From assembly GCA_003141715.1 (NCBI GenBank), contig PLNF01000048.1, positions 1,486 through 65,485 of the forward strand: DNA of 64,000 bases, in the 5' to 3' direction. Source of the stretch: Bacteroidales bacterium (GTDB taxonomy: Bacteria > Bacteroidota > Bacteroidia > Bacteroidales > VadinHA17). Each line of letters starts with the position of its first letter. The first letter of the stretch is position 1. The notes under the pieces were generated by a model. That model did no database searches and had not been told where the DNA came from. It was given only the letters and a program-made list of their open reading frames with translations. This document shows positions 1-9,999 of the stretch, piece after piece. The translations under genes were made by a program, and so were the position numbers.

Positions 1-133
1 TTTTAAATCGAAGAAATGAAAAGTAATAAACAAAAAAGAATGGGATTTTGGTACCGGAATGAAAATAAATCCAACTAATAATTAATTTGCTGAAATGAAT
101 CTATTCATTATTTTTGTCAGGCTTTTAAAAACT

Positions 134-205
134 GCGGGAGTAGCTCAGGGGTAGAGCATCAGCTTCCCAAGCTGAGGGTCGGGGGTTCGAATCCCCTTTC
201 CCGCT
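134..205 (+). tRNA. tRNA-Gly (anticodon CCC)
   Basis: 72-nt cloverleaf read by eye. Acceptor gcgggag/ttcccgc, D arm gctc-aggggta-gagc, anticodon arm tcagc-ttCCCaa-gctga, T arm ggggg-ttcgaat-cccct. Confidence 0.9.
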
Positions 206-293
206 CAAACTATAAAGAAGTCAATAAATTTCTTTTATATTAATGATAACTTTTTGCCGGATGCGATTATCAGATAATTTCAGAATAAGGAAA

Positions 294-959
294 ATGAAAC
301 AAGAGAATATAATAATATTCGCAATGACTTTGTTTTGTATAGGACTGACCGGGTGTCGGACAACTTCATTGAAAGACTTTGAAGGCAATGAGTATAAAAC
401 TGTAACTTTAGGAACTCAGGAATGGATGGCTGAGAATTTAAAAACCACTAAATATAATGATGGTACTCCAATACAAATGGTAACTGATAATGAAGCCTGG
501 GTAAAATTAACAACACCTGCATTTTCATGGTACAATAATGATTCAACAGAGAATAAAAATACATATGGTGCACTTTATAATTGGTACACGGTTAACACAA
601 ATAAATTATGTCCTGCAGGCTGGCATGTGCCTGCGGATGGAGAATGGATGACACTTACAACCTTTCTGGAAGGATTCAGAATTGCAGGAGGTAAACTGAA
701 AGAAAAAGGCACCGGGCACTGGAAGAGCCCAAATACGAGTGCAACTAACGAAACCGGTTTTAATGCACTCCCGGGTGGGTACCGTAGCATCGAAGGTGTT
801 TTCAACTATATCAGGATCTCTGGTTACTGGTGGAGTTCAACTGAGTACAATGAATCCAGTATATTCTTCTGGAATATGGTTTATAAGTTTAGCAATATAT
901 ACAAGTCAAGGAGTGAGAAATATTGCGGCTTTTCTGTTCGTTGTCTGAAGGATCACTAA
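294..959 (+). CDS. Lipoprotein with Fibrobacter-succinogenes-major-paralogous (FISUMP, TIGR02145-like) domain
   Basis: ORF 243..959. The internal ATG at 294 gives MKQENIIIFAMTLFCIGLTGC (lipobox). Family-typical motifs: TVTLGTQEWMAENL, YGALYNW, CPAGWHVP, ALPGGYR, GYWWSST, SVRCLKD. Confidence 0.75.
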   Translation: MKQENIIIFAMTLFCIGLTGCRTTSLKDFEGNEYKTVTLGTQEWMAENLKTTKYNDGTPIQMVTDNEAWVKLTTPAFSWYNNDSTENKNTYGALYNWYTVNTNKLCPAGWHVPADGEWMTLTTFLEGFRIAGGKLKEKGTGHWKSPNTSATNETGFNALPGGYRSIEGVFNYIRISGYWWSSTEYNESSIFFWNMVYKFSNIYKSRSEKYCGFSVRCLKDH

Positions 960-963
960 CGTA

Positions 964-971
964 TACCTTTG
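964..971 (+). promoter_or_regulatory. Candidate Bacteroidota sigma-A -7 box (TAnnTTTG = TACCTTTG)
   Basis: Exact match to the TAnnTTTG consensus, about 90 nt upstream of the GT22 ORF start. Confidence 0.3.
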
Positions 972-1057
972 ACTACAAGAGCAATAAAGCCAAATGAGAT
1001 GTATGGATCGCACGTTTTGTTTAAATATGTACGGCTATTCCATTTTGCTGTGAAAAC

Positions 1058-2494
1058 ATGTATTTCATGAAAAGAAAATACATATATCTATTGAGTATTA
1101 TTACTCTGATAGTTACTGCTTTCTTCTCGACAGGATATTACCATTTTGATGAGCATTTCCAAATACTTGAGTTTGCGGCACTAAAACTAAAAATGACCGA
1201 GGAAACTAACTTGCCGTGGGAATACTTCTACCAGATGAGACCAGCAATACAACCTGCAATGGTTGTGCTCGTTTTTAAATTTTTCAATGTATTCGGTATA
1301 AATAATCCTTTTACAATTACATTATTATTACGCTTATTATCTGCTGCAATTGCATTTTTAGGCATGTATCTGATTTACAAATCATTTAGCAAAACAATTC
1401 TTAACGATACTTTAAAGGTATGGTTCTTAATGTTGTCATTTTTCCTGTGGTTTATGATTTATAATAATGTAAGGTTTTCATCAGAAAACTGGTCTGGAAG
1501 CATATTCCTGATCGCATTCTCACTGCTGAATATCAAACACTTTCCGAATAGAATATTCTACCTGTATATAGGAATGATTTTAGGGCTGTCATTTCTATTC
1601 AGGTATCAGACAGGTTTACTTGTTGCAGGATTAATTTTGTGGCATCTTTTCATTAATAAAAATATTAACAATACTATTTTTTTAATACTTGGAGTAATAA
1701 TTCTGATTGGAATAGGAATATTAATAGACAGATGGTTTTATGGAAATTGGACACTAACGACGTGGAATTATTTCAACCAGAATATTTTACAAAATAGGGT
1801 TTCTGATTTTGGCATTCGTCCATGGTGGTATTATATTGAAAGAACATTTATTCAGGGAATACCCCCATTCAGTATTATCTAGATTGTAAGTTTTGTACTG
1901 GTTTTTATTTATAAGAGAAAAGATTTATTAACCTGGACTATATTTCCATTTTTGTTCATTCATTTCATCATAGGACACAAAGAAATTCGTTTTCTGTTTC
2001 CAGTCATTGGCTTCTTACCGATCATGATTATTAAATCAGTTGAGATCATTCAGACAAAATGGAATGAGGCTTTCCCGGACAATAAATTTGTCAAGACTTT
2101 TGCAAAATTGTTTTGGGTTGTCAATATCATATTTTTAATAATAATTGCATTTTCACCTGCAGATAGTCAGATATCTCTATATGATAAACTTTATTCTGAT
2201 TATAAGGGTCCCGTAATATTATATTATACATCAGATAACCCGTATCATCGGGTATTGGATATTAACTTCTATAAGAGAGCAAATCTTGAGATAGTAAAAT
2301 TAGATTCTGTCAATAATCTTGATCTGAAGGCAAATAGAAAACAACTCTTTGTCACAAAAGATAAAAGTATTGTGAATGATATAAAAGCGCAAAAAAAAAT
2401 AATTTATTCTTCATTCCCGAATTGGATTAAAATGCTAGATTTTAATAACTGGATGGCAAGAACCAATTGCTGGTATGTGTATGAATTATACTAA
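1058..2494 (+). pseudogene. GT22 (Alg9/PIG-B-like) membrane mannosyltransferase split by a single in-frame TAG at 1880..1882
   Basis: ORF 1058..1882 carries HFDEHFQILEF (GT22 H-x-D-E-x-F-Q motif). ORF 1952..2494 carries GHKEIRFLFP (GT22 HKE-x-RF motif). Both ORFs share one frame and 1883..1951 is open in that frame (IVSFVLVFIYKRKDLLTWTIFPF). Only the TAG separates them. Confidence 0.7.
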
Positions 2495-2579
2495 AATACT
2501 ACTGTGAACATACAATTTGGCAAAATTGAGATATTAGTACGGGAAAGATATCACATCTACCAACTAACCACAGGTTTTG

Positions 2580-2652
2580 AGCCTCCAATGGGACTCGAAC
2601 CCACGACCTGCTCATTACGAATGAGCTGCTCTACCAGCTGAGCTAAGGAGGC
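2580..2652 (-). tRNA. tRNA-Thr (anticodon CGT)
   Basis: Reverse complement reads gcctccttagctcagctggtagagcagctcattCGTaatgagcaggtcgtgggttcgagtcccattggaggct. It forms a standard cloverleaf with one T-T mismatch at the base of the acceptor stem. Confidence 0.85.
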
Positions 2653-2679
2653 ATTTATTTTTCGCAAATATAAGGAAAT

Positions 2680-3906
2680 TCATTCCAACTTTTCAAGCCT
2701 TTGGAGTAACGGAGGATGGGAATAATGAAAAAACACGTAAGCCGGATGCGGCATCATATTTGAAAGGTTTTTTACGGAAAGCTTTTTTAACGCATTTGCT
2801 AATATCTCCGGTTTGAAGTTTCCTCTCACGAATCTGTCAGCAGCAAATTCATTTTTTCGTGAAACCCAATTTGTCAGTAATCCAATTATTAAAGACAAAG
2901 GGCTATAAAGAATTCCAAAAACAATCAATCCAAGGTGGAAGCTGGCATTCTGCGACCCTAATGCCTGAGAGAGAGATGGGCTGTTTACAACCACTGAAAG
3001 GAGGAAAAGCATTAATCCTGTTATAAGAAAAGAAAAAAAGAGATTCAGTAAAACGTGTTTCTTCTTATAATGCCCTATTTCGTGAGCAAGAACAGCAACT
3101 ATCTCCTCTTCTGAAAGTTCTTTTTGCAAAGTATCATAAAGAACAATTCTTTTCTTTGGACCAAAACCTGAAAAATAGGCATTTGCTTTTGTGCTTCTCT
3201 TAGAACCATCAATTATATAAATATTTCTGAGTCTGAAGCCTGTTTTTTGAGAAAAAGCCTCAATCAGGGTTCTTAAAGATCCTTCCGGCAATGGGATTTG
3301 CTTGTTGAACAAAGGGACAATTAATTCAGAATAAAACAGGTTGATAAAAACAGAAAATATGGTTATTAATCCCCATGCGTACCACCAGAAATTTTTTCCG
3401 GTCTTATAGTAGAACCAAGTTATAAGTCCGAGGACGGGAATACCAATCAAAAGCGCGATAAACCATGATTTAATATGATCAGTAATGAACGTTCTGATAG
3501 TCATGGTATTGAATCCATACTTTTTTTCAATAACAAAAGTATCATAACAGCCGAATGGAAGATTTATAATGTCGGAGACAAAGCCAATTATTCCGAAAAA
3601 AACGAGTGCGATGATTACTGCATTTGTGCTGAATGTCCTGGCAAGGTTATCAACAAGCGCAAAACCTCCGGCAATAATCATAATCAGAATAACTGCCAGA
3701 TTAAAAGAGGATGACCAGAAGGATAATCTGTCATTGTCTTTTTGATATAACTGGGTTTTCCTGTACTCTTCATCATCACAGATCCCTTTTAGTTTTTCAG
3801 GAAGAGTATCGGACCACATGAGCGAGTTGAGATAGTCAAGATATCTTTCAATAATAAACCCGGTAATTGGTATTATCAAAATCAGGAAGAAAATAATGTT
3901 GTGCAT
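2680..3906 (-). CDS. M48 family (Ste24/HtpX-like) membrane zinc metalloprotease
   Basis: 408 aa with several TM segments and a HEXXH site (LAHEIGHYKKKH). The N-terminal region resembles the CAAX prenyl protease N-domain. Confidence 0.8.
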   Translation of the reverse strand: MHNIIFFLILIIPITGFIIERYLDYLNSLMWSDTLPEKLKGICDDEEYRKTQLYQKDNDRLSFWSSSFNLAVILIMIIAGGFALVDNLARTFSTNAVIIALVFFGIIGFVSDIINLPFGCYDTFVIEKKYGFNTMTIRTFITDHIKSWFIALLIGIPVLGLITWFYYKTGKNFWWYAWGLITIFSVFINLFYSELIVPLFNKQIPLPEGSLRTLIEAFSQKTGFRLRNIYIIDGSKRSTKANAYFSGFGPKKRIVLYDTLQKELSEEEIVAVLAHEIGHYKKKHVLLNLFFSFLITGLMLFLLSVVVNSPSLSQALGSQNASFHLGLIVFGILYSPLSLIIGLLTNWVSRKNEFAADRFVRGNFKPEILANALKKLSVKNLSNMMPHPAYVFFHYSHPPLLQRLEKLE

Positions 3907-4036
3907 TGATCAGCAGTCTATAAAAAAAGAAGCAGGGCGCCCTTTTAAAATAAGTGTGGAATAAATATGTCTCGCTGCATTTCCTCGTGCTAGAAAGGAT
4001 AGGCGCCCTGCGGTTTTGTAAAGATAATAAATATTT

Positions 4037-4783
4037 TTAAGTTAACATACCTCCGCAGACATGAATTGTTTGTCCGGTTACATAAGAAGACAAATCCGAA
4101 GCAAGAAACAAAGCTGTATTTGCCACATCCTCAGGGGTTCCGCCACGTTTGAGTGGTATCTTTTCGGCCCACTCTTTTTTTACATCTTCCGGCAATTTTT
4201 CTGTCATTTCAGTCAGAATAAATCCCGGGGCAATAGCGTTGCATCTTATATTTCTTGATCCGACTTCTTTTGCAATACTTTTTGTAAATCCAATGATTCC
4301 GGCTTTTGAAGCGGAATAGTTGCTCTGCCCTGCATTACCGGAAACACCAACAACGGAACTCATGTTAATAATTGAACCGCTTTTTTGTTTTATCATGGTC
4401 ATCAGAACGGCTTTCGTGAGATTAAACACCGACTTAAGGTTTACTGCTATTACCGAATCCCATTGATCTTCAGTCATTCGCATAAGCAATGTATCTCTTG
4501 TTATTCCTGCATTATTAATAAGAATATCAATTCTGGTGAAATCTTTAACAACATCATTTATAACACGTTGAGAATCTTCATAATTAGCAGCGTTTGAAAC
4601 GTATCCTTTTGCTTTGACACCCAATGTTTCAATCTCTCTGATGGTTGTTCTAAACTCCTCATCATCCACGATATTAGTGATTGCAATATCAGAACCCTCC
4701 AGGGCAAACCTGAGTGCAATTGCTTTGCCTATGCCTCTGGAAGCTCCTGTGATAAGCGATGTTTTCCCTTTAAGTAAATTCAT
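4037..4783 (-). CDS. fabG: 3-oxoacyl-[ACP] reductase
   Basis: 248-aa SDR. Motifs: TGASRGIGKAIA (NAD(P) binding), NNAGI, and YSASKAG (catalytic Y-x3-K). The whole sequence has the FabG look. Confidence 0.85.
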   Translation of the reverse strand: MNLLKGKTSLITGASRGIGKAIALRFALEGSDIAITNIVDDEEFRTTIREIETLGVKAKGYVSNAANYEDSQRVINDVVKDFTRIDILINNAGITRDTLLMRMTEDQWDSVIAVNLKSVFNLTKAVLMTMIKQKSGSIINMSSVVGVSGNAGQSNYSASKAGIIGFTKSIAKEVGSRNIRCNAIAPGFILTEMTEKLPEDVKKEWAEKIPLKRGGTPEDVANTALFLASDLSSYVTGQTIHVCGGMLT

Positions 4784-4805
4784 TTCTATAATGTTAAAAT
4801 TCCTG

Positions 4806-4813
4806 CAAATATA
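4806..4813 (-). promoter_or_regulatory. Candidate -7 box TATATTTG for fabG
   Basis: Reverse complement of caaatata. Lies 23 nt upstream of the fabG ATG. Confidence 0.4.
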
Positions 4814-4994
4814 GAATAATTAATTTTCTTGACAATTCAATGGTCCCATCCCCCTCAAGGGGGGCTAATACTCTGAATTGAAGTGTAATTCAACTAAAAA
4901 TTGCAGGTTTTTCTCCCCCTTGGGAGAGATGTCAGCGTAGCTGACAGAGGGGTTCTACATCCCAAACAAGATTGACTTAGGCGGTTCCTGCAAT

Positions 4995-5879
4995 TCATAT
5001 AACCATCGGCGAGCCTAACACCTTTGCCACAGTGATCCCAATATCTGCTGGAGACTGGACAACATGAATTCCGCATTTTTTCATAATCTCCATCTTAGCT
5101 GCTGCCGTATCATTCTTACCTCCTATTATAGCTCCTGCATGTCCCATTCTCCGACCTTTCGGTGCAGTCTGGCCGGCAATAAAACCGATGACTGGTTTGG
5201 TACTGTTATCCCTTATCCATTCAGCAGCTTCAGTCTCCATATTTCCACCTATCTCTCCTATAATGACAATTACTTCAGTATCATTGTCATCCATCATCAA
5301 TCTGACTGCATCAAGCGTTGTTGTTCCTACAACAGGATCACCACCGATACCGATACATGTCGATTGGCCAAGCCCTATCCTGGTAACCTGATCAACTGCC
5401 TCATAAGTTAATGTCCCTGAACGCGAAATGATCCCAACTGAACCTTTTTTATGAATGAATCCGGGCATAATACCGACTTTTGACTCGCCCGGTGTGATAA
5501 TTCCGGGACAATTAGGTCCGATTAGTCTGCATTGGAATGATTTAAGATATTCCTTTACCATAACCATATCTGATACCGGAATTCCTTCAGTTATTGCCAC
5601 AATAAGCTTAATTCCGGCATTTGCAGCTTCCATAATAGCGTCGGCTCCTACTGCAGGTGGAACAAAGATTATAGAGACATCGGCCGAAGTTTCAGCAACA
5701 GCTTCCCTTACAGTATTAAAAACGGGCAAGTTAAGGTGAATCTGCCCTCCTTTACCAGGAGTTACACCTCCTACCACTTTTGTTCCATATTCTATCATCT
5801 GCGTAGCATGGAAAGTTCCTTCACTTCCGGTGAATCCCTGAACAATGACTTTTGAGTTTTTATTTAACAGAACACTCAT
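4995..5879 (-). CDS. sucD: Succinyl-CoA synthetase alpha subunit
   Basis: 294 aa. [25 protein letters not shown]-terminus, SRSGTLTYE, and the GHAGAII phosphohistidine loop. Confidence 0.9.
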   Translation of the reverse strand: MSVLLNKNSKVIVQGFTGSEGTFHATQMIEYGTKVVGGVTPGKGGQIHLNLPVFNTVREAVAETSADVSIIFVPPAVGADAIMEAANAGIKLIVAITEGIPVSDMVMVKEYLKSFQCRLIGPNCPGIITPGESKVGIMPGFIHKKGSVGIISRSGTLTYEAVDQVTRIGLGQSTCIGIGGDPVVGTTTLDAVRLMMDDNDTEVIVIIGEIGGNMETEAAEWIRDNSTKPVIGFIAGQTAPKGRRMGHAGAIIGGKNDTAAAKMEIMKKCGIHVVQSPADIGITVAKVLGSPMVI

Positions 5880-5916
5880 AAATAATAGCTATTTAATGAT
5901 GCTTTAATCACACTCC

Positions 5917-5924
5917 CAAAAATA
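5917..5924 (-). promoter_or_regulatory. Candidate -7 box TATTTTTG for sucD
   Basis: Reverse complement of caaaaata. Lies 38 nt upstream of the sucD ATG. Confidence 0.35.
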
Positions 5925-6063
5925 CCGATTTATAATTGGCTTTTAGATATTTTAAAGTGATAATTATTATTTTGATTTCGAATTTCGGTTTTTTAATTTC
6001 GGATTTTCTCTCTCCTCACGTCTCACCACTCACTTCTGATTTCACGGCCTCAATTAAGTTTCA

Positions 6064-6071
6064 TACATTTG
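6064..6071 (+). promoter_or_regulatory. Candidate -7 box TACATTTG for mnmE
   Basis: Exact TAnnTTTG match, 22 nt upstream of ATG 6093. Confidence 0.4.
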
Positions 6072-6092
6072 TTGCAAATGCGATTTTATTAA

Positions 6093-7496
6093 ATGATCAG
6101 ACCGGAAGAAACTATATGTGCTCCTGCAACAGCCATTGGAGGAGCAATCGCTGTAATAAGAATAAGCGGTTCACAAAGCCTTAACATCTGCGAGAAAATT
6201 TTTTATCATTTAGACAGGAATATAAAACTGGTTGATCAAAAGGGGTTTACAGTTGCATTGGGAGAAATACGTTCAGGCAATGAAGTTATAGATGAAGTAC
6301 TTCTGACTGTTTTCAGGGAACCTCACTCCTACACCGGCGAGAATTCTGTTGAAATTTCCTGTCATGCTTCACCATATATAGTCAGGAAAATTCTTGAACT
6401 ATTAATAAATAATGGAGCTATCTCAGCCAGGCCAGGGGAGTTCACCCAAAGAGCCTTTTTTAATGGTAAAATGGATCTTTCACAGGCTGAAGCAGTTGCT
6501 GATATAATAGCTTCAAAGACCAGTTCATCCCACAAAATAGCTTTAAATCAAATGCGGGGCGGCTTCTCTGCAGAGATAAGCAGTTTAAGACATGAATTAC
6601 TGAATTTTGCCTCTCTGATTGAACTTGAGCTGGATTTTGGCGAGGAAGATGTTGAATTTGCTGACAGGAAAGAGCTTAAAGCTATTATTACAAGAATTAA
6701 AGAACTTGCAGATAAACTGGCAAATTCTTTCATGCTTGGTAATGCATTGAAAAATGGTATCCCGGTTGCTATTGTCGGGAAACCAAATTCAGGCAAATCG
6801 ACACTTTTAAATGCTCTTCTGATGGAGGAAAGAGCGATTGTATCAGAAATCCCCGGGACAACGAGGGATACAATTGAAGATACTATCGTGATTGATGGTA
6901 TCGAGTACAGGTTTATCGATACTGCAGGACTCAGGGAAACAGCGGACATTATTGAGGTCTTGGGCATTAAAAAGACCCATGAGAAAATAAACCAGGCATC
7001 TGTAATACTGTTGATTGATGAAATTACAGACTCGGCTGAATCCATCAATCAACGCGCACAGGCAATCAGAGAGATGATCGGAGAATCAGAAAAACGTTTA
7101 ATTATTCTGATCAATAAAACTGATACTGCTTTGGAAGATCGTCAGACAGAACTTAAAGGCAAGATCAATCTGGAAGAAAAGGACACACTTCTTTTTATTT
7201 CAGCTAAAGAGAAATCAGGACTTGAGGAACTTCGAAATAGATTGAGTGATATTGTAGTGAAGGAAAAGTTAAGCTCGGATGATGTAATAATCACTATTTT
7301 AAGGCATTATGAGGCTCTGCTGCGTGTTTCAGAAAGTCTTGGAAGGGTAATGTCAGGACTTGAAGATCGGATCCCTGAAGACCTTATTGCTATTGATATC
7401 CGGCAGGCGATTCATTATCTTGGAGAGATAACCGGCGAGATTACATCTGATGAGATATTGGGTAATATATTCAGGAATTTCTGTATCGGAAAATGA
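6093..7496 (+). CDS. mnmE: tRNA modification GTPase MnmE (TrmE)
   Basis: 467 aa. N-terminal ICAPATAIGGAIAVIRISG, G-domain motifs GKPNSGKSTLLNAL / DTAGLR / NKTD, and the C-terminal FCIGK tetrapeptide. Confidence 0.92.
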   Translation: MIRPEETICAPATAIGGAIAVIRISGSQSLNICEKIFYHLDRNIKLVDQKGFTVALGEIRSGNEVIDEVLLTVFREPHSYTGENSVEISCHASPYIVRKILELLINNGAISARPGEFTQRAFFNGKMDLSQAEAVADIIASKTSSSHKIALNQMRGGFSAEISSLRHELLNFASLIELELDFGEEDVEFADRKELKAIITRIKELADKLANSFMLGNALKNGIPVAIVGKPNSGKSTLLNALLMEERAIVSEIPGTTRDTIEDTIVIDGIEYRFIDTAGLRETADIIEVLGIKKTHEKINQASVILLIDEITDSAESINQRAQAIREMIGESEKRLIILINKTDTALEDRQTELKGKINLEEKDTLLFISAKEKSGLEELRNRLSDIVVKEKLSSDDVIITILRHYEALLRVSESLGRVMSGLEDRIPEDLIAIDIRQAIHYLGEITGEITSDEILGNIFRNFCIGK

Positions 7497-7499
7497 CCA

Positions 7500-7566
7500 C
7501 CAAAAAACAAACAACGACAATTACCATTTGTGTCACGGCCATACAGTTTTTCCAATAAATTGACCA
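7500..7566 (+). repeat. 67-bp direct repeat, copy 1 (partner at 13891..13957)
   Basis: ccaaaaaacaaacaacgacaattaccatttgtgtcacggccatacagtttttccaataaattgacca. Hand alignment gives 65/67 identity to the copy at 13891..13957. Starts 4 nt after the mnmE stop. Confidence 0.9.
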
Positions 7567-7856
7567 CCAAAAGCCGGAGTTAAAAACTTGTTTTTTAGCT
7601 ATGTATATTATGCGCTATCAGACTGGCCAGTTCCGGCCTTTGTATATTGCTTCCATTCCTTCATGGCAGGTTTTCCTCAATTAGTCAAACTCATCAAAAA
7701 ATCAAATGAATAGGGCTAAAATGAATTTGTTTTTGCATATATTTACATTTATGAGGAAAAGTGGTATTCAATTTAAAATTAAAGAAATAAGATTTTCTGA
7801 TTAAAAGCTTTGTTTGTTTTTAAGTCTAGGATTGATTGTTTAAAGATTTTAATAGG

Positions 7857-9920
7857 ATGACCCTAAAAAGATTTTTTATCATTATCATGGTTATGTTGAC
7901 TTTGCAGGTTTTTAAAATATCTGCTCAACAAAATTATAATGATATCTCTGTTGGTCAACGAGTTTCAATATTCAGTGAAACATTCGATAACAATAATAAC
8001 GACTGGATAACTGATAATTTATGGATCAGTGGAAAATTCGTTAACGGATGTTACGATCTTACCTGCAAAAATTTTAAGCAAAATACTGGACTCACATACA
8101 AGACCGTTTCAATAGACTATACAAAAGACTTTGAGATGGAAACTTCTTTCAAAATAATTAAAGGTACTGGCGGATTAGTTTTTGGACTGACAAAAGATTT
8201 CGATCATTACAGAGTTGAAATAGACGACAAAAGAAATTTAGCCATCATTAAAGACACACCATCAAAAAATAAGGTTGAAAAAATATTTTCAAGTAAAGAA
8301 GGACTACTAATTAATGATATAGGATTTTTTAATAAACTGACAGTAAGAAAGTTTCAGGATTCATATTATATATTCGTTAATAATCTTCTGATCAAACAAT
8401 TTAAGAATTTAATTTTCACTGGAGACCAGGTAGGTTTCAATGTCGGACTGAACTCTGAAATATCAGTTGATTATTTAAATGTTTCCTACTTTAGGAGTCA
8501 GACTGCACCTATCTTGGCAGAGAGAAATATTGTAAAAACAGATTCAGTTAAAACTCATTCAAAAAATACTGCAACTATTATTTCAGCTCCAAAAGATACT
8601 TTAAATATTATCAGGCAAAATGAAGTTAAAATTTTACCCCCTGCTGCAGCTCCCTTAATCACATGGGTTAGTCCTTCGGCTATAACCACACACCTTGAAA
8701 CTTATACAGCCAAGGTCAGGGCAAGTATTAAATCCGGATATGATTTGAGGTCTGTTCTCTTTTATGTGAACGGAGCTTCCATGGGAGAAGGAGAATTAAA
8801 ACCTTCTTCAGATGAGAATAAAACTTTTGTAGTAGAAAAGTTTGTTACATTGAATCCGGGAGAAAATAATGTCTATCTGGTTGCTACCAACTCTGAAGGG
8901 TCAAGCAAATCAGATTTAAGATTTTTTACCAATCCTCTAGCCAATCCTCCTGAAATTAAATGGGGAAGCCCAGAAACGCCAACTGCTTTAGTGAACACGG
9001 AAGCTTTTCTGTTGGAGGTTTGTATCAAATCTCCTGCTGATTTAATTTCTGCCCAGGTACTTGTTAATGGTATTCAGGTGGCCGTGGGAAAAGTTTTTCA
9101 GCATTCAGAGGGGGGTGATTGCAATTATATATGGAAGCCACAAATCATATTAAAGGAAGGAGATAACAGCATATATGTTATTGCTGAGAACATTGCTGGT
9201 AGTTCGACCTCCGAAAACAGGATAATAAAATTCAATAAGGCGGTATCTGAGAAACGTTTGGCGTTAGTATTTGGTAATTCTGAATATATAAATGGTACCA
9301 GTTTAAAAAACCCTGTAAATGATGCAAACTTAATGGAGGCTACATTAAAGGATCTTGGATTTAAGGTAATTAAAAGACTCAATGCCGGAAAAGATATAAT
9401 GATAAGCGCGATAAGAGAGTTTAGTGAAAAATTATCAGATAACAACATTGCTCTGTTCTATTATGCCGGTCACGGTGTACAGGTAGATGGGATTAATTAT
9501 CTTATCCCTACCAATGCGAAGTTAGACAATAAGGATGCTTGTAAATTTGAAGCGATAGACGTGAGTTTTATCACTGATGAATTCAAAAAAAATTCATCTA
9601 ATACGAATATCGTTATTCTTGATGCATGCCGGAATAACCCTTACCGGAGTTGGGCAAGAGGAGGTGAATCAGGATTCAAAGCATTGGCCCCTATCAATGG
9701 CACCATAATTTCATTTTCCACATCGGAGGGAGCCACAGCCGCAGATGGAGAAGGGACTAATGGATTATTTACTGAAGAATTAGTAAAACAAATGGAAATT
9801 CCTCAACCAGTTGAGAGTGTTTTTAAACAAACTCGTAAAGAAGTTATGTCCCGAAGTAAAGGTCAGCAAATCCCAACTGAATGGACATATCTTACAGGGG
9901 ATTTTTATTTTAAAAAATAG
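7857..9920 (+). CDS. Secreted caspase-fold (peptidase C14) protein with an N-terminal jelly-roll/lectin-like region and two Ig-like repeats
   Basis: ATG 7857 gives the signal peptide MTLKRFFIIIMVMLTLQVFKISAQ. The C-terminal domain has the His/Cys dyad contexts FYYAGHGVQ and ILDACRNNP. Two internal about 100-aa repeats are visible (ITWVSP...NVYLVATNSEGSS and IKWGSP...SIYVIAENIAGSS). Confidence 0.8.
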   Translation: MTLKRFFIIIMVMLTLQVFKISAQQNYNDISVGQRVSIFSETFDNNNNDWITDNLWISGKFVNGCYDLTCKNFKQNTGLTYKTVSIDYTKDFEMETSFKIIKGTGGLVFGLTKDFDHYRVEIDDKRNLAIIKDTPSKNKVEKIFSSKEGLLINDIGFFNKLTVRKFQDSYYIFVNNLLIKQFKNLIFTGDQVGFNVGLNSEISVDYLNVSYFRSQTAPILAERNIVKTDSVKTHSKNTATIISAPKDTLNIIRQNEVKILPPAAAPLITWVSPSAITTHLETYTAKVRASIKSGYDLRSVLFYVNGASMGEGELKPSSDENKTFVVEKFVTLNPGENNVYLVATNSEGSSKSDLRFFTNPLANPPEIKWGSPETPTALVNTEAFLLEVCIKSPADLISAQVLVNGIQVAVGKVFQHSEGGDCNYIWKPQIILKEGDNSIYVIAENIAGSSTSENRIIKFNKAVSEKRLALVFGNSEYINGTSLKNPVNDANLMEATLKDLGFKVIKRLNAGKDIMISAIREFSEKLSDNNIALFYYAGHGVQVDGINYLIPTNAKLDNKDACKFEAIDVSFITDEFKKNSSNTNIVILDACRNNPYRSWARGGESGFKALAPINGTIISFSTSEGATAADGEGTNGLFTEELVKQMEIPQPVESVFKQTRKEVMSRSKGQQIPTEWTYLTGDFYFKK

Positions 9921-9999
9921 ATATATTATATTATGCTTTCCTCCAAATAAATAATCTGATTGCCCTGGTTTATTGAAATATGACAATAACCTGTTACTT

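Noticed and set aside
1880-1882. TAG reassignment (pyrrolysine or a sense codon) as the explanation for the split GT22 gene
   Set aside because: TAG ends several well-supported genes in this window (stops at 9918, 13397, 18142, 45852, 51488). No other ORF shows an internal TAG at a conserved position. A global code change is therefore unlikely, although local read-through cannot be excluded.
4894-5076. 60-aa minus-strand ORF overlapping the sucD 3' end and the downstream hairpin region
   Set aside because: It overlaps sucD in another frame and then runs through G/C-tract hairpin repeats. It has no supporting motifs.
6548-7048. 166-aa ORF antisense to mnmE
   Set aside because: mnmE is unambiguous. 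The antisense product is Ser/Ile-rich low complexity with no motifs.
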